Of a DNA stretch of 64,000 bases, positions 10,983 to 20,914 are shown in pieces. The translations under genes were made by a program, and so were the position numbers. Source of the DNA: a virus (taxonomy: Duplodnaviria > Caudoviricetes); the IMG/VR virus record IMGVR_UViG_3300028591_000118, positions 1-64,000 of that record. One strand, 5' to 3'. Under the pieces are notes generated by a model. The model was not told the DNA's origin, made no database searches, and worked only from the letters and a program-made list of their open reading frames with translations. The stretch's first letter is position 1, and every line of letters begins with the position of its first letter.

Positions 10983-11415
10983 ATGACTAAGATGATAAAC
11001 TTCGATATGGATGGAACATTAGCAAACTTCTATGGTGTTTGAAGGTTGGTTAGAAGATTTAATGAATAAAAATGCTAAACCCTACGCACAGGCAACACCG
11101 CTTTTCAACTTCTCTTCTCTTGCAAGAGTGCTTAACAGACTTCAGAGAGAAGGTTACGAAATCTGCATTATTTCTTGGTTAGCAAAGAATTCAACAGAAA
11201 CTTTTGATAAAGAAGTTACAGAAGTTAAAAAGGCTTGGCTTGCAAAGCATCTTCCTAGTGTTAAATGGGATAGAATTACAATTGTTCCTTATGGAACACC
11301 TAAAAGCACTTGCGGTTGCGGGATCCTCTTTGATGATGAAGAACCTAATAGAAAAGAATGGGGTGAAGGTGCTTACAATGTAGAAAACATCTTAGAAATA
11401 TTGAAAAAACTTTGA
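10983..11415 (+). pseudogene. HAD-family 5'-nucleotidase-like gene split by a +1 frameshift
   Basis: MTKMINFDMDGTLANFYGV stops at TGA 11040-11042; the +1 frame continues EGWLEDL..., colinear with intact paralogue 18786-19250. Confidence 0.8.
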
Positions 11416-11484
11416 AAAAATAGTTGACAAACGTGCAAAAAAGGAATATAGTATAATTAAAGAAAGGAAAGAGAGGTAATTAAA

Positions 11485-11721
11485 ATGGCAAACAAATTTA
11501 ATGATGAATATAATGTTTTTGTAGAGCAAAAATGGCATAAAAGAAAAACTTTTTCAGAAGATGAAATTAAACTCATCAAGTCAGCAAAAAATTATCTTGA
11601 TAATTTAGTTGAAAAAATAGATAATGGAGATTATTCTATTAGCAACTGTACCTACAGTTATGAAATAACTTTTCATTTAATTGATATAGAAGAACACCCT
11701 TATTGGAAAAAAACAAATTAA
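11485..11721 (+). CDS. Hypothetical protein
   Basis: Own promoter and GAGAGG RBS. Confidence 0.7.
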   Translation: MANKFNDEYNVFVEQKWHKRKTFSEDEIKLIKSAKNYLDNLVEKIDNGDYSISNCTYSYEITFHLIDIEEHPYWKKTN

Positions 11722-11968
11722 AAGAGAGGTAACTAAAATGTGCGGGAACCACTTTCCGCACATTTGTTATGCGGCGGGCCGCTGGCGCGTTGCTTTTACA
11801 CGCCAGCGGCCGAATTTCCATTATACCACACCCAAGCACATTTTGTCAATAGTAAAAATAAATAAAAAACTAACTAAAATGATCCCAAAATTTGTGCAAT
11901 ATTTTTCTTAAAAAGGCTTGCAAAAGTCAAAAGGGTATGGTATATTATAATTACAGAGAGGGACAACG

Positions 11969-12080
11969 GAATGGCGGATACCCAATCGGTGAGATAGTTG
12001 CCAATACTTACAAAAGTAAGGGGTTATCAATACTAGGGGTTGTTAATTCTTGAAAGTAAGCACACAACGGAAACCATTCC
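11969..12080 (+). ncRNA. Putative structured small RNA or 5' leader
   Basis: Starts just after a promoter; closed by GGAATGG/CCATTCC with internal hairpins; no ORF. Confidence 0.4.
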
Positions 12081-12648
12081 TAAACTAAACAAGAGAGGTA
12101 ATTAAAATGAAGAATTATGAGGTTGCTATTTATACAGATTTATTAGAAGTTATAATTTATGTTGTTAAAGATTGTGTTAATGAAGAAAATGCTTGTCGCA
12201 GGGCATTTTCTCAATGGTATCATGGTTATGGTATTGGAAATGTTAGAGATATAGTTGTAACAGCATTATGATTACAATACTACCTTTTAATACACTTCTA
12301 CCTCCTATTGCGGCGGGCGTTGGTGTAGAATCCGACGCCCAAGACCGCAAAAAACAAGAGAAGAAGAAAAAAGAAAATGCAGAAGATATTTTTGAAAGAA
12401 TATTAGAAACTGAAATAATAAAAATATGCGGGAAGGCGTAAGTCTTCCCCTTTTTTGAGCTCGCCGCAGACCATCCGGCGCGGCGAGTTTTTCGCATTTA
12501 CCTGGATCCCGCACCTTTTTATAATCAACTTTGCAAACCAAAAAAAATTAAAAAAAATCCTAAAAAAGTGTTGACATTTATCCACGGGTGTAGTATTATA
12601 TAATCAAGGAAAGGGAAAACACCTAAAATAGAAAGAGAGGTAACTAAA

Positions 12649-12846
12649 ATGATGACACAGGCTGAAATGATTAAGTACGATATGATGGTTGATATGGGTA
12701 TCTGCACCGCAGATGAACTCAATCTTGCTTTTAACCTTATAGGAAATTGGACAGAAACAATTAATAAGATAATCTACTTCCGCACAGGTTACAGAGATTA
12801 TGAGCAATACATCCAATCTGAAATGGAAGGAGATGAGGAAGATTAA
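12649..12846 (+). CDS. Hypothetical protein
   Basis: Promoter, RBS and a terminator at 12849-12875. Confidence 0.7.
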   Translation: MMTQAEMIKYDMMVDMGICTADELNLAFNLIGNWTETINKIIYFRTGYRDYEQYIQSEMEGDEED

Positions 12847-13197
12847 AATTAGGCGGGAAGGCATTCCCGCCTATTTCTTATTTTCTATAATTTGAAAAAA
12901 TTAAAAAAATTTGATATAATATATATAGAAAATAAAAAATAAATAAAAATTAAATTCCTATAATCCTTTTCTTTTTGGCGGCACGAGTGCGGCTCCTTTT
13001 AGTCGTGCAAGTGCCGAATTTTCATTATACCACAGTTTTGCACATTTTGTCAACTGGCAATTTGCACAAAGATTTAGATCCGTGGATCCCGCAATTTGTG
13101 CAATATTTTTTATCTAAACCCTTGCAATTTTCTGTCCGTAGTGGTATTATTATTACAGAGTTAAGGAACACCACCAAGTGAAAGAGAGGTAGTTAAA

Positions 13198-13407
13198 ATG
13201 ACATTTACAAAAACAATTTCTGTAGATAATGAACATATTAAAAATTTTATTGAAGATACTGTTGATAATATGATTGAGAGTCTCTATATTTGGTTAGACG
13301 ATGGTTATAATATAAGTCCTGAAGATATTAAAAATGATGAATATCTTTATCTTCTAGAAAAACTTAGAGATGAAATAGAAATAAGAAGAAAAAAAATACT
13401 TCAGTGA
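13198..13407 (+). CDS. Hypothetical acidic protein
   Basis: GAGAGG RBS. Confidence 0.65.
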   Translation: MTFTKTISVDNEHIKNFIEDTVDNMIESLYIWLDDGYNISPEDIKNDEYLYLLEKLRDEIEIRRKKILQ

Positions 13408-13427
13408 TAGAAAGAGAGGTAGTTAAA

Positions 13428-13625
13428 ATGACAAAGGTTATAGAGTACGCTTCAGTTTCACCCGCAGTTCTTGATAGTATAGTTAGTGCTCTTGGTGTAT
13501 TTTGCACGTGGTCTGAAGTAGACGAAGATAGATTTGAATTTACTGTCTGCTCTTATGGTCAGGGGGCACCTTACCCCATGACAAAAATTCAAGAAATATT
13601 AAATAGGTATCCTGCATGTGCATAA
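13428..13625 (+). CDS. Hypothetical protein
   Basis: GAGAGG RBS before MTKVIEY. Confidence 0.6.
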   Translation: MTKVIEYASVSPAVLDSIVSALGVFCTWSEVDEDRFEFTVCSYGQGAPYPMTKIQEILNRYPACA

Positions 13626-14011
13626 CATGCAGGTCAACAAAAGGAGAATAAAATGAGTACAACGGAAATGCTTAATATCTCAGTAGCCTTAAATATACTT
13701 TGGCCTATTGTGGCAATAATTACATATTTATTTTGTTAGGCGGGAAGCGCTTATATTGATTTAGCGGGAAAAATAATTCCCGCTATTTTTGACGGCCCGC
13801 ATGCGCATCACACACCTCGCGCAAGGGCCGCATTTTGCGTATAGGCTGGTTTTTAAGTTTTTTAGATCCACATTGCGTATTGTATATATTGCATAAAAAA
13901 TCCCATTTCTTTTTGTGCAACTTTTTATTAAAAAATCCTTGCAATATATACACGGGTATGGTAACATATAATCAAGGAAAGGGAAACACCCTAGGAAGTG
14001 AGGTAATTAAG

Positions 14012-14464
14012 ATGACAAAGGAAACAATGATTAGAAATTACAGAAAATTCAGTGCGGCGGATGCTTATATCCTTGGCTTTATATATGGCGGTCAGGTCTA
14101 TATGGTTGAGGTTAAGGACATAGCGCCTCGCTATATGAAAGTTGAGCGTTGTTCTTCAAGGAATGGCGGATATAGGAAACTTCAGTTCAGACTTAATAAC
14201 GCTTATAAGGAAGAACTTATACGCAAGGGGGCAAGGGTTATAGGCACACCCGATATACTTGATGGACAGTATAACAAGGGCGTTGAGTTTGAAAGAGTTG
14301 TCTATAACGAGTTTGGTCAGACATATCGTGGCAAGGATAGCGTAGGCTTTTGGGTATCAGGTGACATAACGGTAGATAACAAGGAACTTCAGGTCAAGTT
14401 CGAGGGTGCACAGATAGTAGTAGAAAACACACTTGAGAATCTCAAGAAAAGGGTAAGGGGTTAA
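14012..14464 (+). CDS. Hypothetical protein, possible PD-(D/E)XK-like nuclease fold
   Basis: Likely start MTKETMIR behind GAGG; KGVEFE...GDI...ELQVK motif. Confidence 0.5.
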   Translation: MTKETMIRNYRKFSAADAYILGFIYGGQVYMVEVKDIAPRYMKVERCSSRNGGYRKLQFRLNNAYKEELIRKGARVIGTPDILDGQYNKGVEFERVVYNEFGQTYRGKDSVGFWVSGDITVDNKELQVKFEGAQIVVENTLENLKKRVRG

Positions 14465-14720
14465 AGCCCCCTGCCCACATAGGAGGCATAATATGAATGT
14501 AATTGAGTATATCAGAAACAGATCAGGAAGCACATACGGCAAGCGCATAAGAATTCTTGATAACTACACCCACCACAGTTTAGGACCGTGGACCTGTAAT
14601 GCGGATAGGGACATCATGGATATAAAAGTAACTGAAAAAATAATTTTTATTTTTGTAAAATAAGTGTTGACATAGCAAACATAATATGGTATAGTATTTA
14701 TAGAAAGAGAGGTAATCATT

Positions 14721-15038
14721 ATGATAAGCATAACAAGAGAAGATATGAACAAGGCAGTAGAAAATCTTCAGACAGAGCGCGGAAGGGCTTCAGTGGTAGA
14801 TTTCTTAACTGTCCTCTATGGAATTATTAGCGGAGATTATATGGTTTTAGCAGAAGAAGACCGCATCCGCATAATAAATGAATTTACAGATAGGTATGAT
14901 GAAGCCTATTGGCAGGGTTATAATGAAGCCCGAGAAGCCTATGATGGCACCTCTGATGATGATTATGAGGAGCCTGAAGATATAGATGATGATTTTGGAT
15001 ATGATGCTTATATGGGTTGTTATACATATGATTGTTAA
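14721..15038 (+). CDS. Highly acidic small protein
   Basis: D/E/Y-rich C-terminal half; own promoter. Confidence 0.7.
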   Translation: MISITREDMNKAVENLQTERGRASVVDFLTVLYGIISGDYMVLAEEDRIRIINEFTDRYDEAYWQGYNEAREAYDGTSDDDYEEPEDIDDDFGYDAYMGCYTYDC

Positions 15039-15060
15039 TTAAGAAAGGAGAATATTTTTT

Positions 15061-15336
15061 ATGTATATTAAAATTACTTGCTCAAATGGTTTTTGCGGTT
15101 GCGAAGAAGATTTTTATGAAGAAGTAAAAAATGAAGGTGAAGCAGATGACCTTACATATAATATATTAAATAATGATTATGCTTTTGCCGAGCCTGATGG
15201 AAGATTTCTTCCTGGCGCTTCCAGTTTTGATGATACTGATTATGAAGATTATGAGGAAGAATATGATGATTATGTTAATAATTTAGAAGGTTGGTGGGAA
15301 GAAATTACAGAAGAAGAATTTGAGGATAATAAATAG
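15061..15336 (+). CDS. Highly acidic small protein
   Basis: CSNGFCGC followed by a D/E-rich sequence; terminator at 15336-15366. Confidence 0.7.
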   Translation: MYIKITCSNGFCGCEEDFYEEVKNEGEADDLTYNILNNDYAFAEPDGRFLPGASSFDDTDYEDYEEEYDDYVNNLEGWWEEITEEEFEDNK

Positions 15337-15521
15337 AAGAAGGGGGTAACACCCCTTCTTTTTTTTGTGTCGGGGCGCGCACGATTGCTTTTCAACCATG
15401 CGCGCCCCTATTTTCCTGTCAAGATACAATTTGCACAATTTTTCATCTGATTTTTTATGCAATCTGCCTATTGTAATTATCCTATAATCTGATATAATTA
15501 GTATTAGAAAGAGAGGTAAGC

Positions 15522-15767
15522 ATGAAGAAATTTTTTAGAATTGAAGAGCCTTATAAGTTTGAAATGAACGATTTGCGTGCAGTAATTCAGATAATAAATG
15601 TAGTCCTAATTATGATTTTTGGTCTGTCTGTTTCATGGTTTGGACTAGCCCTTGCAATTTGTGGATTGATTAAGGATTTCACAAAAGACCGCCATATAAA
15701 TGGAATTTTAATGCACCTTGCATCCGCAATATTAAATATTTATTTTTTAACACTTCTTTACAAATAA
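15522..15767 (+). CDS. Small membrane protein
   Basis: Two to three hydrophobic segments; RBS. Confidence 0.65.
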   Translation: MKKFFRIEEPYKFEMNDLRAVIQIINVVLIMIFGLSVSWFGLALAICGLIKDFTKDRHINGILMHLASAILNIYFLTLLYK

Positions 15768-15848
15768 GTGTTGACAAATTAAAAAAATTATGTTATTATA
15801 AATATAGAAAGAAACAAAAAAGGTTTCCAAGAAAGAGAGGTATTTACA

Positions 15849-16031
15849 ATGACAAAATTGACTTATGACATTATTACTAGAACAGGTATCACCTACAATG
15901 CAGATACTTACGCTATGGCTCAGAGAATAAAGGGTGATAACCCTGGCTCTATTATCAAAAGGTGCTATTCGCCCATCCCCGAAAAGTCTAATCTCTTTGA
16001 TAAGATAAAGAGAGTAAAGACTGGAAAGTAA
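15849..16031 (+). CDS. Hypothetical protein
   Basis: Promoter, RBS and terminator. Confidence 0.6.
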   Translation: MTKLTYDIITRTGITYNADTYAMAQRIKGDNPGSIIKRCYSPIPEKSNLFDKIKRVKTGK

Positions 16032-16195
16032 TCAAAAGGTGCGGGTTTGTCCCGCACCTCTCTTTTATTTTTAAGATCGAACATCTGTTTGGTTGCACGT
16101 GCCCCCGAACAAACTTTCGATAATTATTTTTGAAAAAAGTGTTGACTTTTATAATTAGATATGTTAATATAATTACAGAAAGAGAGGTAATTAAA

Positions 16196-16387
16196 ATGGA
16201 ATACATAATTAGTACTATAGTTGAATTTGATGTAGAAGATTTAGCAGAAAAAATGTTTTATTATCTTGATGATGTAATGGATGATACTGGAAATGGTGAA
16301 AATTACAGAGATTTAACTAATGAACAGAGAAAAGATTTAGACTGTGCAATCTTAAAAAAGGCTTTAGAATTAGCAGAAAGAGAGTGA
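16196..16387 (+). CDS. Hypothetical acidic protein
   Basis: RBS before MEYIIS. Confidence 0.6.
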   Translation: MEYIISTIVEFDVEDLAEKMFYYLDDVMDDTGNGENYRDLTNEQRKDLDCAILKKALELAERE

Positions 16388-16653
16388 TTAAAATGTCTAC
16401 TAGATTTTATGTACCTTGGATACAAAGAAATGATTGGGATTCAATTCCTTATGACCTTGGTGTTTTTTCTTCTATTGAAAGAGCAGAAGAGGCTATTATT
16501 GAAGTATTAAGAAATTTTTGTCAAGAAGTATTAACTTTAGAAATTTATCAAAGTATGACAGAAGAGCCTGAATATCTCTTTGGAATACATGAATGCAACT
16601 TAAATGAATTAGGTATTTATCATGAACTTTATTCAAAACCTATGGGAGTTTAA
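16384..16653 (+). CDS. Hypothetical protein
   Basis: Coupled to the previous gene (alternative start MSTRF); terminator follows. Confidence 0.6.
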   Translation: MIKMSTRFYVPWIQRNDWDSIPYDLGVFSSIERAEEAIIEVLRNFCQEVLTLEIYQSMTEEPEYLFGIHECNLNELGIYHELYSKPMGV

Positions 16654-17001
16654 GAGGAGCCTTGGCTCCTCTTTTTATGTAAACCGACACGTGCGACACG
16701 CAATGCGTATACGCGCTCCCGCAAAATCATTTAACCAAAACCGCAAAATCTTTTTATTGCAAAATTAAAAAAAATATATTATAATAAATACATAAGATAA
16801 AGAAATAAAGAAAGCGACTTAAAAAAGAGTGGACAACCTACCTAGTCGACAAAGGAAAACCGCCCTAGTCAATTTCAAAAGTTTGAAAACTTTTTAAAAA
16901 AATTCAAAAAAAACTATTGACAATTAAATAATAAAATGATATAATAAATATATCAAATGAAACAAGTAAACAATATTTCAAAAAAGAAAGAGGTGCTTAT
17001 T

Positions 17002-17403
17002 ATGGCAAACACAGAGAACAAGGTAACTTATGTATCAGCAGTTGATTTCGCTCTTAACTACTTTGAGGGCAAGGAAGATGTACCTGCTGACATTGTAGAA
17101 AAGATGGGTGCGCTCAAGGAGAGCCTTGAAAAGAGAGCAAACGCAAAGCGTTCAAATAAGAAAGTCGAGGAGAATGACGCTCTGCGTGATGCACTTCTTG
17201 GTGCTCTTGGTACAAAGGGTGTTAGAGTTGCTGACATTATGAAGATGGATGGCTTCACAGAGTTTTCTTCACAGAAGATTTCAGCCCTCCTTTCACCTAT
17301 GGTTAAGGATGGTAGAGTAGTAAAGACCATCGACAAGAAAGTCGCTTATTTCTCACTTCCTACAGAAGTAGAGGTAGAAGTAGCGGTTGAGGTTGAGGAG
17401 TAA
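17002..17403 (+). CDS. Winged-helix-like DNA-binding protein (paralogue of 22477 and 37708)
   Basis: FSSQKISALLSPMVKDGRVVKTIDKKVAYFSL helix-wing motif. Confidence 0.65.
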   Translation: MANTENKVTYVSAVDFALNYFEGKEDVPADIVEKMGALKESLEKRANAKRSNKKVEENDALRDALLGALGTKGVRVADIMKMDGFTEFSSQKISALLSPMVKDGRVVKTIDKKVAYFSLPTEVEVEVAVEVEE

Positions 17404-17622
17404 TCCTCAACCCCTCTAAAAGAATAAAATGACGCAAGGCGAGGTATGTAAGACCTCGCCTTTTTGGCGCCGCGCTTGCGGGTTGCACCTTTTCGCAAGC
17501 GCGGCGAATTTCGCATCAGCCACCCTCCCGCACAAAATAAAAATCGAAAAAATTTTCAAAAAACCTCTTGACAATATCCCAAAATGGTAGTATAATTAAA
17601 CTATCGAAAGGAGATAAGGGGT

Positions 17623-17952
17623 ATGACAAAGGACAAATTAATTGAAAAGATTATGAAAGAAGCCGAACTTGATGGTGAGCCTTTAACAAGAGAAGAAGCA
17701 GAAGAAGTTGCGGAAATGGAAATTAAAGCCAAAGGTATCAAGGTTTATGAACAGTCAGAGAAGAAAGACCGCAAAAAGCGGGAAGTCAAGCCTGATGAAG
17801 AAAAGGTCAAGTTAATAAATCTTATTTCTGAAACTCTTTCTACTGTTGGCTTGAATACTTCCATTCTCAATCCACAGAGAGAGATAACCTTTTCTGTCAA
17901 TGGTGCGGAATACTCTTTAACTCTAATTAAGCACAGACCGCCTAAGAAATAG
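17623..17952 (+). CDS. Hypothetical protein (distant paralogue of 20915)
   Basis: Shared DEEK/SDEK helix and C-terminal beta strands. Confidence 0.65.
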   Translation: MTKDKLIEKIMKEAELDGEPLTREEAEEVAEMEIKAKGIKVYEQSEKKDRKKREVKPDEEKVKLINLISETLSTVGLNTSILNPQREITFSVNGAEYSLTLIKHRPPKK

Positions 17953-17966
17953 GCGGAAGGTGCTAG

Positions 17967-18039
17967 GTGCGGCTAGCTCAGTAGGTAGAGCACTAGACTT
18001 TTAATCTAGTTGTCATGGGTTCGAACCCCATGCCGCACA
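17967..18039 (+). tRNA. tRNA-Lys(TTT)
   Basis: Full cloverleaf; anticodon arm CTAGA-CTTTTAA-TCTAG; GGTTCGAAC T-loop. Confidence 0.92.
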
Positions 18040-18289
18040 TTTACTACCTTTAATTACCTCTTACCTTACCTCAATGGGTGACGCACGCAATGCGTCATCC
18101 GCACGTGCAACGGCAATGCGTATAAAAAAAATTTTTAATTTTTTGAAAAATATATTGACTTTATTTTTTTAATGTGATATACTTAATTTACCAAATGAAA
18201 GAGAGGAAAATTAAAAATGAAATATTTATTAGTAGATGCAGGAAATGGCTTTTGTGGTTGTAATGAAGAAAATTATGAGGTAAGATAAA

Positions 18290-18475
18290 ATGACTAACGC
18301 AGAGAAATTTCAAGAAATTTTTAATCTTCCAATAAGTGAAATGCCTAGTGACCCTTGTGATATAATAGATGAAAATATTTGTATCAATGCTGATGGATGT
18401 GAAAACTGTCCTCTCTATCATTTTTGGGAAAAAGAATTTCAAAAGTACAAAGTATCTCGCTCGTCAAGAAAATAA
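18290..18475 (+). CDS. Small Cys-rich protein
   Basis: MTNAEKF...C..C...C..C pattern. Confidence 0.6.
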   Translation: MTNAEKFQEIFNLPISEMPSDPCDIIDENICINADGCENCPLYHFWEKEFQKYKVSRSSRK

Positions 18476-18785
18476 AAAAATTTCAAAAAAATGCTTGACA
18501 ACTATTAAAAAGTATGGTATTATAATTACAGAAAGAGAGGTAATAAAAATGTTTCAACCCTATAAAATTATTTTCAAAAGTGATACAGATGAAAAAGAAT
18601 ATTTACAATATTGCTTTACTTATAATATGCCAAAAGCTATTGAAGAGATAATAGAAAAATACACAGGAGGTATAGTAATGATTATACCTTTATGTCACTC
18701 AATAAAAATTTGGAAAAAATGTAAAAACTTATTGACAATAGAAAGATAATATATTATACTATTATTAGAAAGAGAGGTAAAGCAA

Positions 18786-19250
18786 ATGGAAAATAAAACA
18801 CTTGTTTTTGATATGGATGGTACAATCGCAGACCTTTATGGTGTAGAGAATTGGCTTGAGGACTTAAGAGCCGAAAATCCTAGACCTTATGAGGTAGCTA
18901 GACCGCTTTATGATATGAATGCACTCAATGCGTTACTTGACATCTTCAAGTTACAGGGTTGGAAAATTGTAGTGACAACTTGGTTGTCAAAAGGTAGTAG
19001 CAAGGAATATGACAGACTTGTCAGAGAAGCAAAACTTGCATGGCTTGAAAAGTATAACTTCCCTTGTGATGAGGTACACCTTATAAAGTATGGAACTACA
19101 AAGGCTAATTGCACAAGAAGAAAAGGCGGTTTTCAAGTTCTTATTGATGATAATGAAATGGTCAGAAAAGGTTGGAACTTGGGTGCGGTGATTGACGCTA
19201 ATGAAAACATTATTGAAAAGTTGACAGACCTTTTAGAGCAGGTGGCTTAA
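18786..19250 (+). CDS. HAD-superfamily 5'(3')-nucleotidase-like protein
   Basis: VFDMDGT and LIDD motifs. Confidence 0.8.
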   Translation: MENKTLVFDMDGTIADLYGVENWLEDLRAENPRPYEVARPLYDMNALNALLDIFKLQGWKIVVTTWLSKGSSKEYDRLVREAKLAWLEKYNFPCDEVHLIKYGTTKANCTRRKGGFQVLIDDNEMVRKGWNLGAVIDANENIIEKLTDLLEQVA

Positions 19251-19388
19251 GCCACCCGCTCTGTGTATCGCACGTGCCGCCGGCAATGCGTATGATCAAA
19301 TTTTTTTAATTTTTTTCAAAAAATATGTTGACTTTATTTTTTTAATGTGATATACTTAATGTATCAAATGAAAGAGAGGTAATAATCC

Positions 19389-20126
19389 TTGAGTAGAAGA
19401 AAAAAATTTTTAGTAGTAGACACAGAAACCGCAAACACCATTGAGCAACCTTTACCTTATGATATAGGTTGGGCAATATGTGACAAGAATGGACATATCT
19501 ACGCAGAGCGTTCTTATGTAGTAGCAGAAGTTTTTTGTGACATGAAAGATACAATGAAAAGTGCCTATTATGCCGAGAAAATTCCTCAATATTGGGATGA
19601 TATAAAGGCAGGTAAAAGAGTGCTTGCGCCTATGTGGACTATATATAAGGCTATGAGAGCTGATATAAAAAATTATAAAGTCAAGAGTGTAGGCGCATAC
19701 AATATGGCTTTTGATAAAAGAGCATTAAATAACTTGATTAGATATGTGTCAAAATCATGGTGTAGATGGTGGTTCCCTATAGGTGTTGAGTTTTTCTGTA
19801 TCTGGAATATGGCTTGCAGTGCGGTTTTGAATAGGTCAAGTTACATTGATTTTGCTTATAAGAATGGCTTGATAAGTGAATCAGATAACATTCAGACTAG
19901 CGCAGAGTGTGCATACAAATATCTAATGAAAAATAGCGATTTTGTTGAAAATCACACAGGGTTAGAGGATGTCAAAATTGAAGTTGAGATAATGGCTTAC
20001 TGTTTCAGACAGAAAAAGAAACTTGACAAAGAAATAAATAGTGCTTGTTGGCGCAAGGTACAAAAGAAAAGAAAAGAACTTGACTTGCGGAAGGTGTTCG
20101 CTCAGGCGGACACCCTCTGCGTATGA
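19389..20126 (+). CDS. DEDDh 3'-5' exonuclease
   Basis: ExoI VVDTET, ExoII AYNMAFD, ExoIII HTGLED. Confidence 0.85.
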   Translation: MSRRKKFLVVDTETANTIEQPLPYDIGWAICDKNGHIYAERSYVVAEVFCDMKDTMKSAYYAEKIPQYWDDIKAGKRVLAPMWTIYKAMRADIKNYKVKSVGAYNMAFDKRALNNLIRYVSKSWCRWWFPIGVEFFCIWNMACSAVLNRSSYIDFAYKNGLISESDNIQTSAECAYKYLMKNSDFVENHTGLEDVKIEVEIMAYCFRQKKKLDKEINSACWRKVQKKRKELDLRKVFAQADTLCV

Positions 20127-20252
20127 CCGGAGCGCACGTGCGGGGATACGCAATGCGTACAACCGCACTTTTTTAATTTTTTGTAATCTTTCTATTGACA
20201 TTTATAAAAAAATATAATATAATAATATTAAAGAAAGAGAGGTAATCTAGTT

Positions 20253-20774
20253 ATGGCAAAAGTAAAAGGTATTAAAAAGTTAAACAAGGCTATTCTTGAA
20301 CAGTTTGCACAGTTTGGTATTGAAAAGACAGTAGTCACAGATGAATTTTCTTATATCTATGCTAAAAATAAAATTACTTACAAAATAACAGAGGATGACC
20401 TTGAAGATAAGTTATTCTGCGAACATGTTAAAGAGCGTTTTGGGTATGAGGTCAAGTATCCTTTTATCATGTTTATGTTGCATGAAGTAGGTCATCATTT
20501 GAATAATGATTGTATTGATGATACATTAGAAGATTTTTGCGCTAGAGAAAAAGAGCGCATTGAAGAAGAAATGATTGAAGCATTAGCCACAGATGAAGTT
20601 AAAAAGTTAGAATGGCAGTATTTCACCTTGCCTGATGAAATCATGGCAACCGCATGGGCAGTGGATTGGGCTAGAGAACACCCCACAGAGATTGAAGAAA
20701 TGTGGAACGCAATCGAAAAGGCTTTTCATAAGTTTTACGCAAAAAATCTTGATATGGCAAGTCTTATAAACTAG
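20253..20774 (+). CDS. HEXXH zinc-metallopeptidase-like protein
   Basis: LHEVGHH followed by a downstream E..A..WA motif. Confidence 0.65.
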   Translation: MAKVKGIKKLNKAILEQFAQFGIEKTVVTDEFSYIYAKNKITYKITEDDLEDKLFCEHVKERFGYEVKYPFIMFMLHEVGHHLNNDCIDDTLEDFCAREKERIEEEMIEALATDEVKKLEWQYFTLPDEIMATAWAVDWAREHPTEIEEMWNAIEKAFHKFYAKNLDMASLIN

Positions 20775-20914
20775 GCGGAAGGCGAACATCGAACAGGTGT
20801 TCGCCGCACGTGGCGCCCGCTCGCGTATAAAAATATTTTTGAATTTCTAAAATAAAAGTGTTGACAAGTTACTATTTATGTGATAATATTAGTATAGAAA
20901 GAGAGGTAGTTAAA

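Noticed and set aside
10983-11415. Stop-codon reassignment (alternative genetic code)
   Set aside because: Long genes are intact in code 11 and end in TAA, TAG or TGA; the break here needs a frame change, not readthrough.
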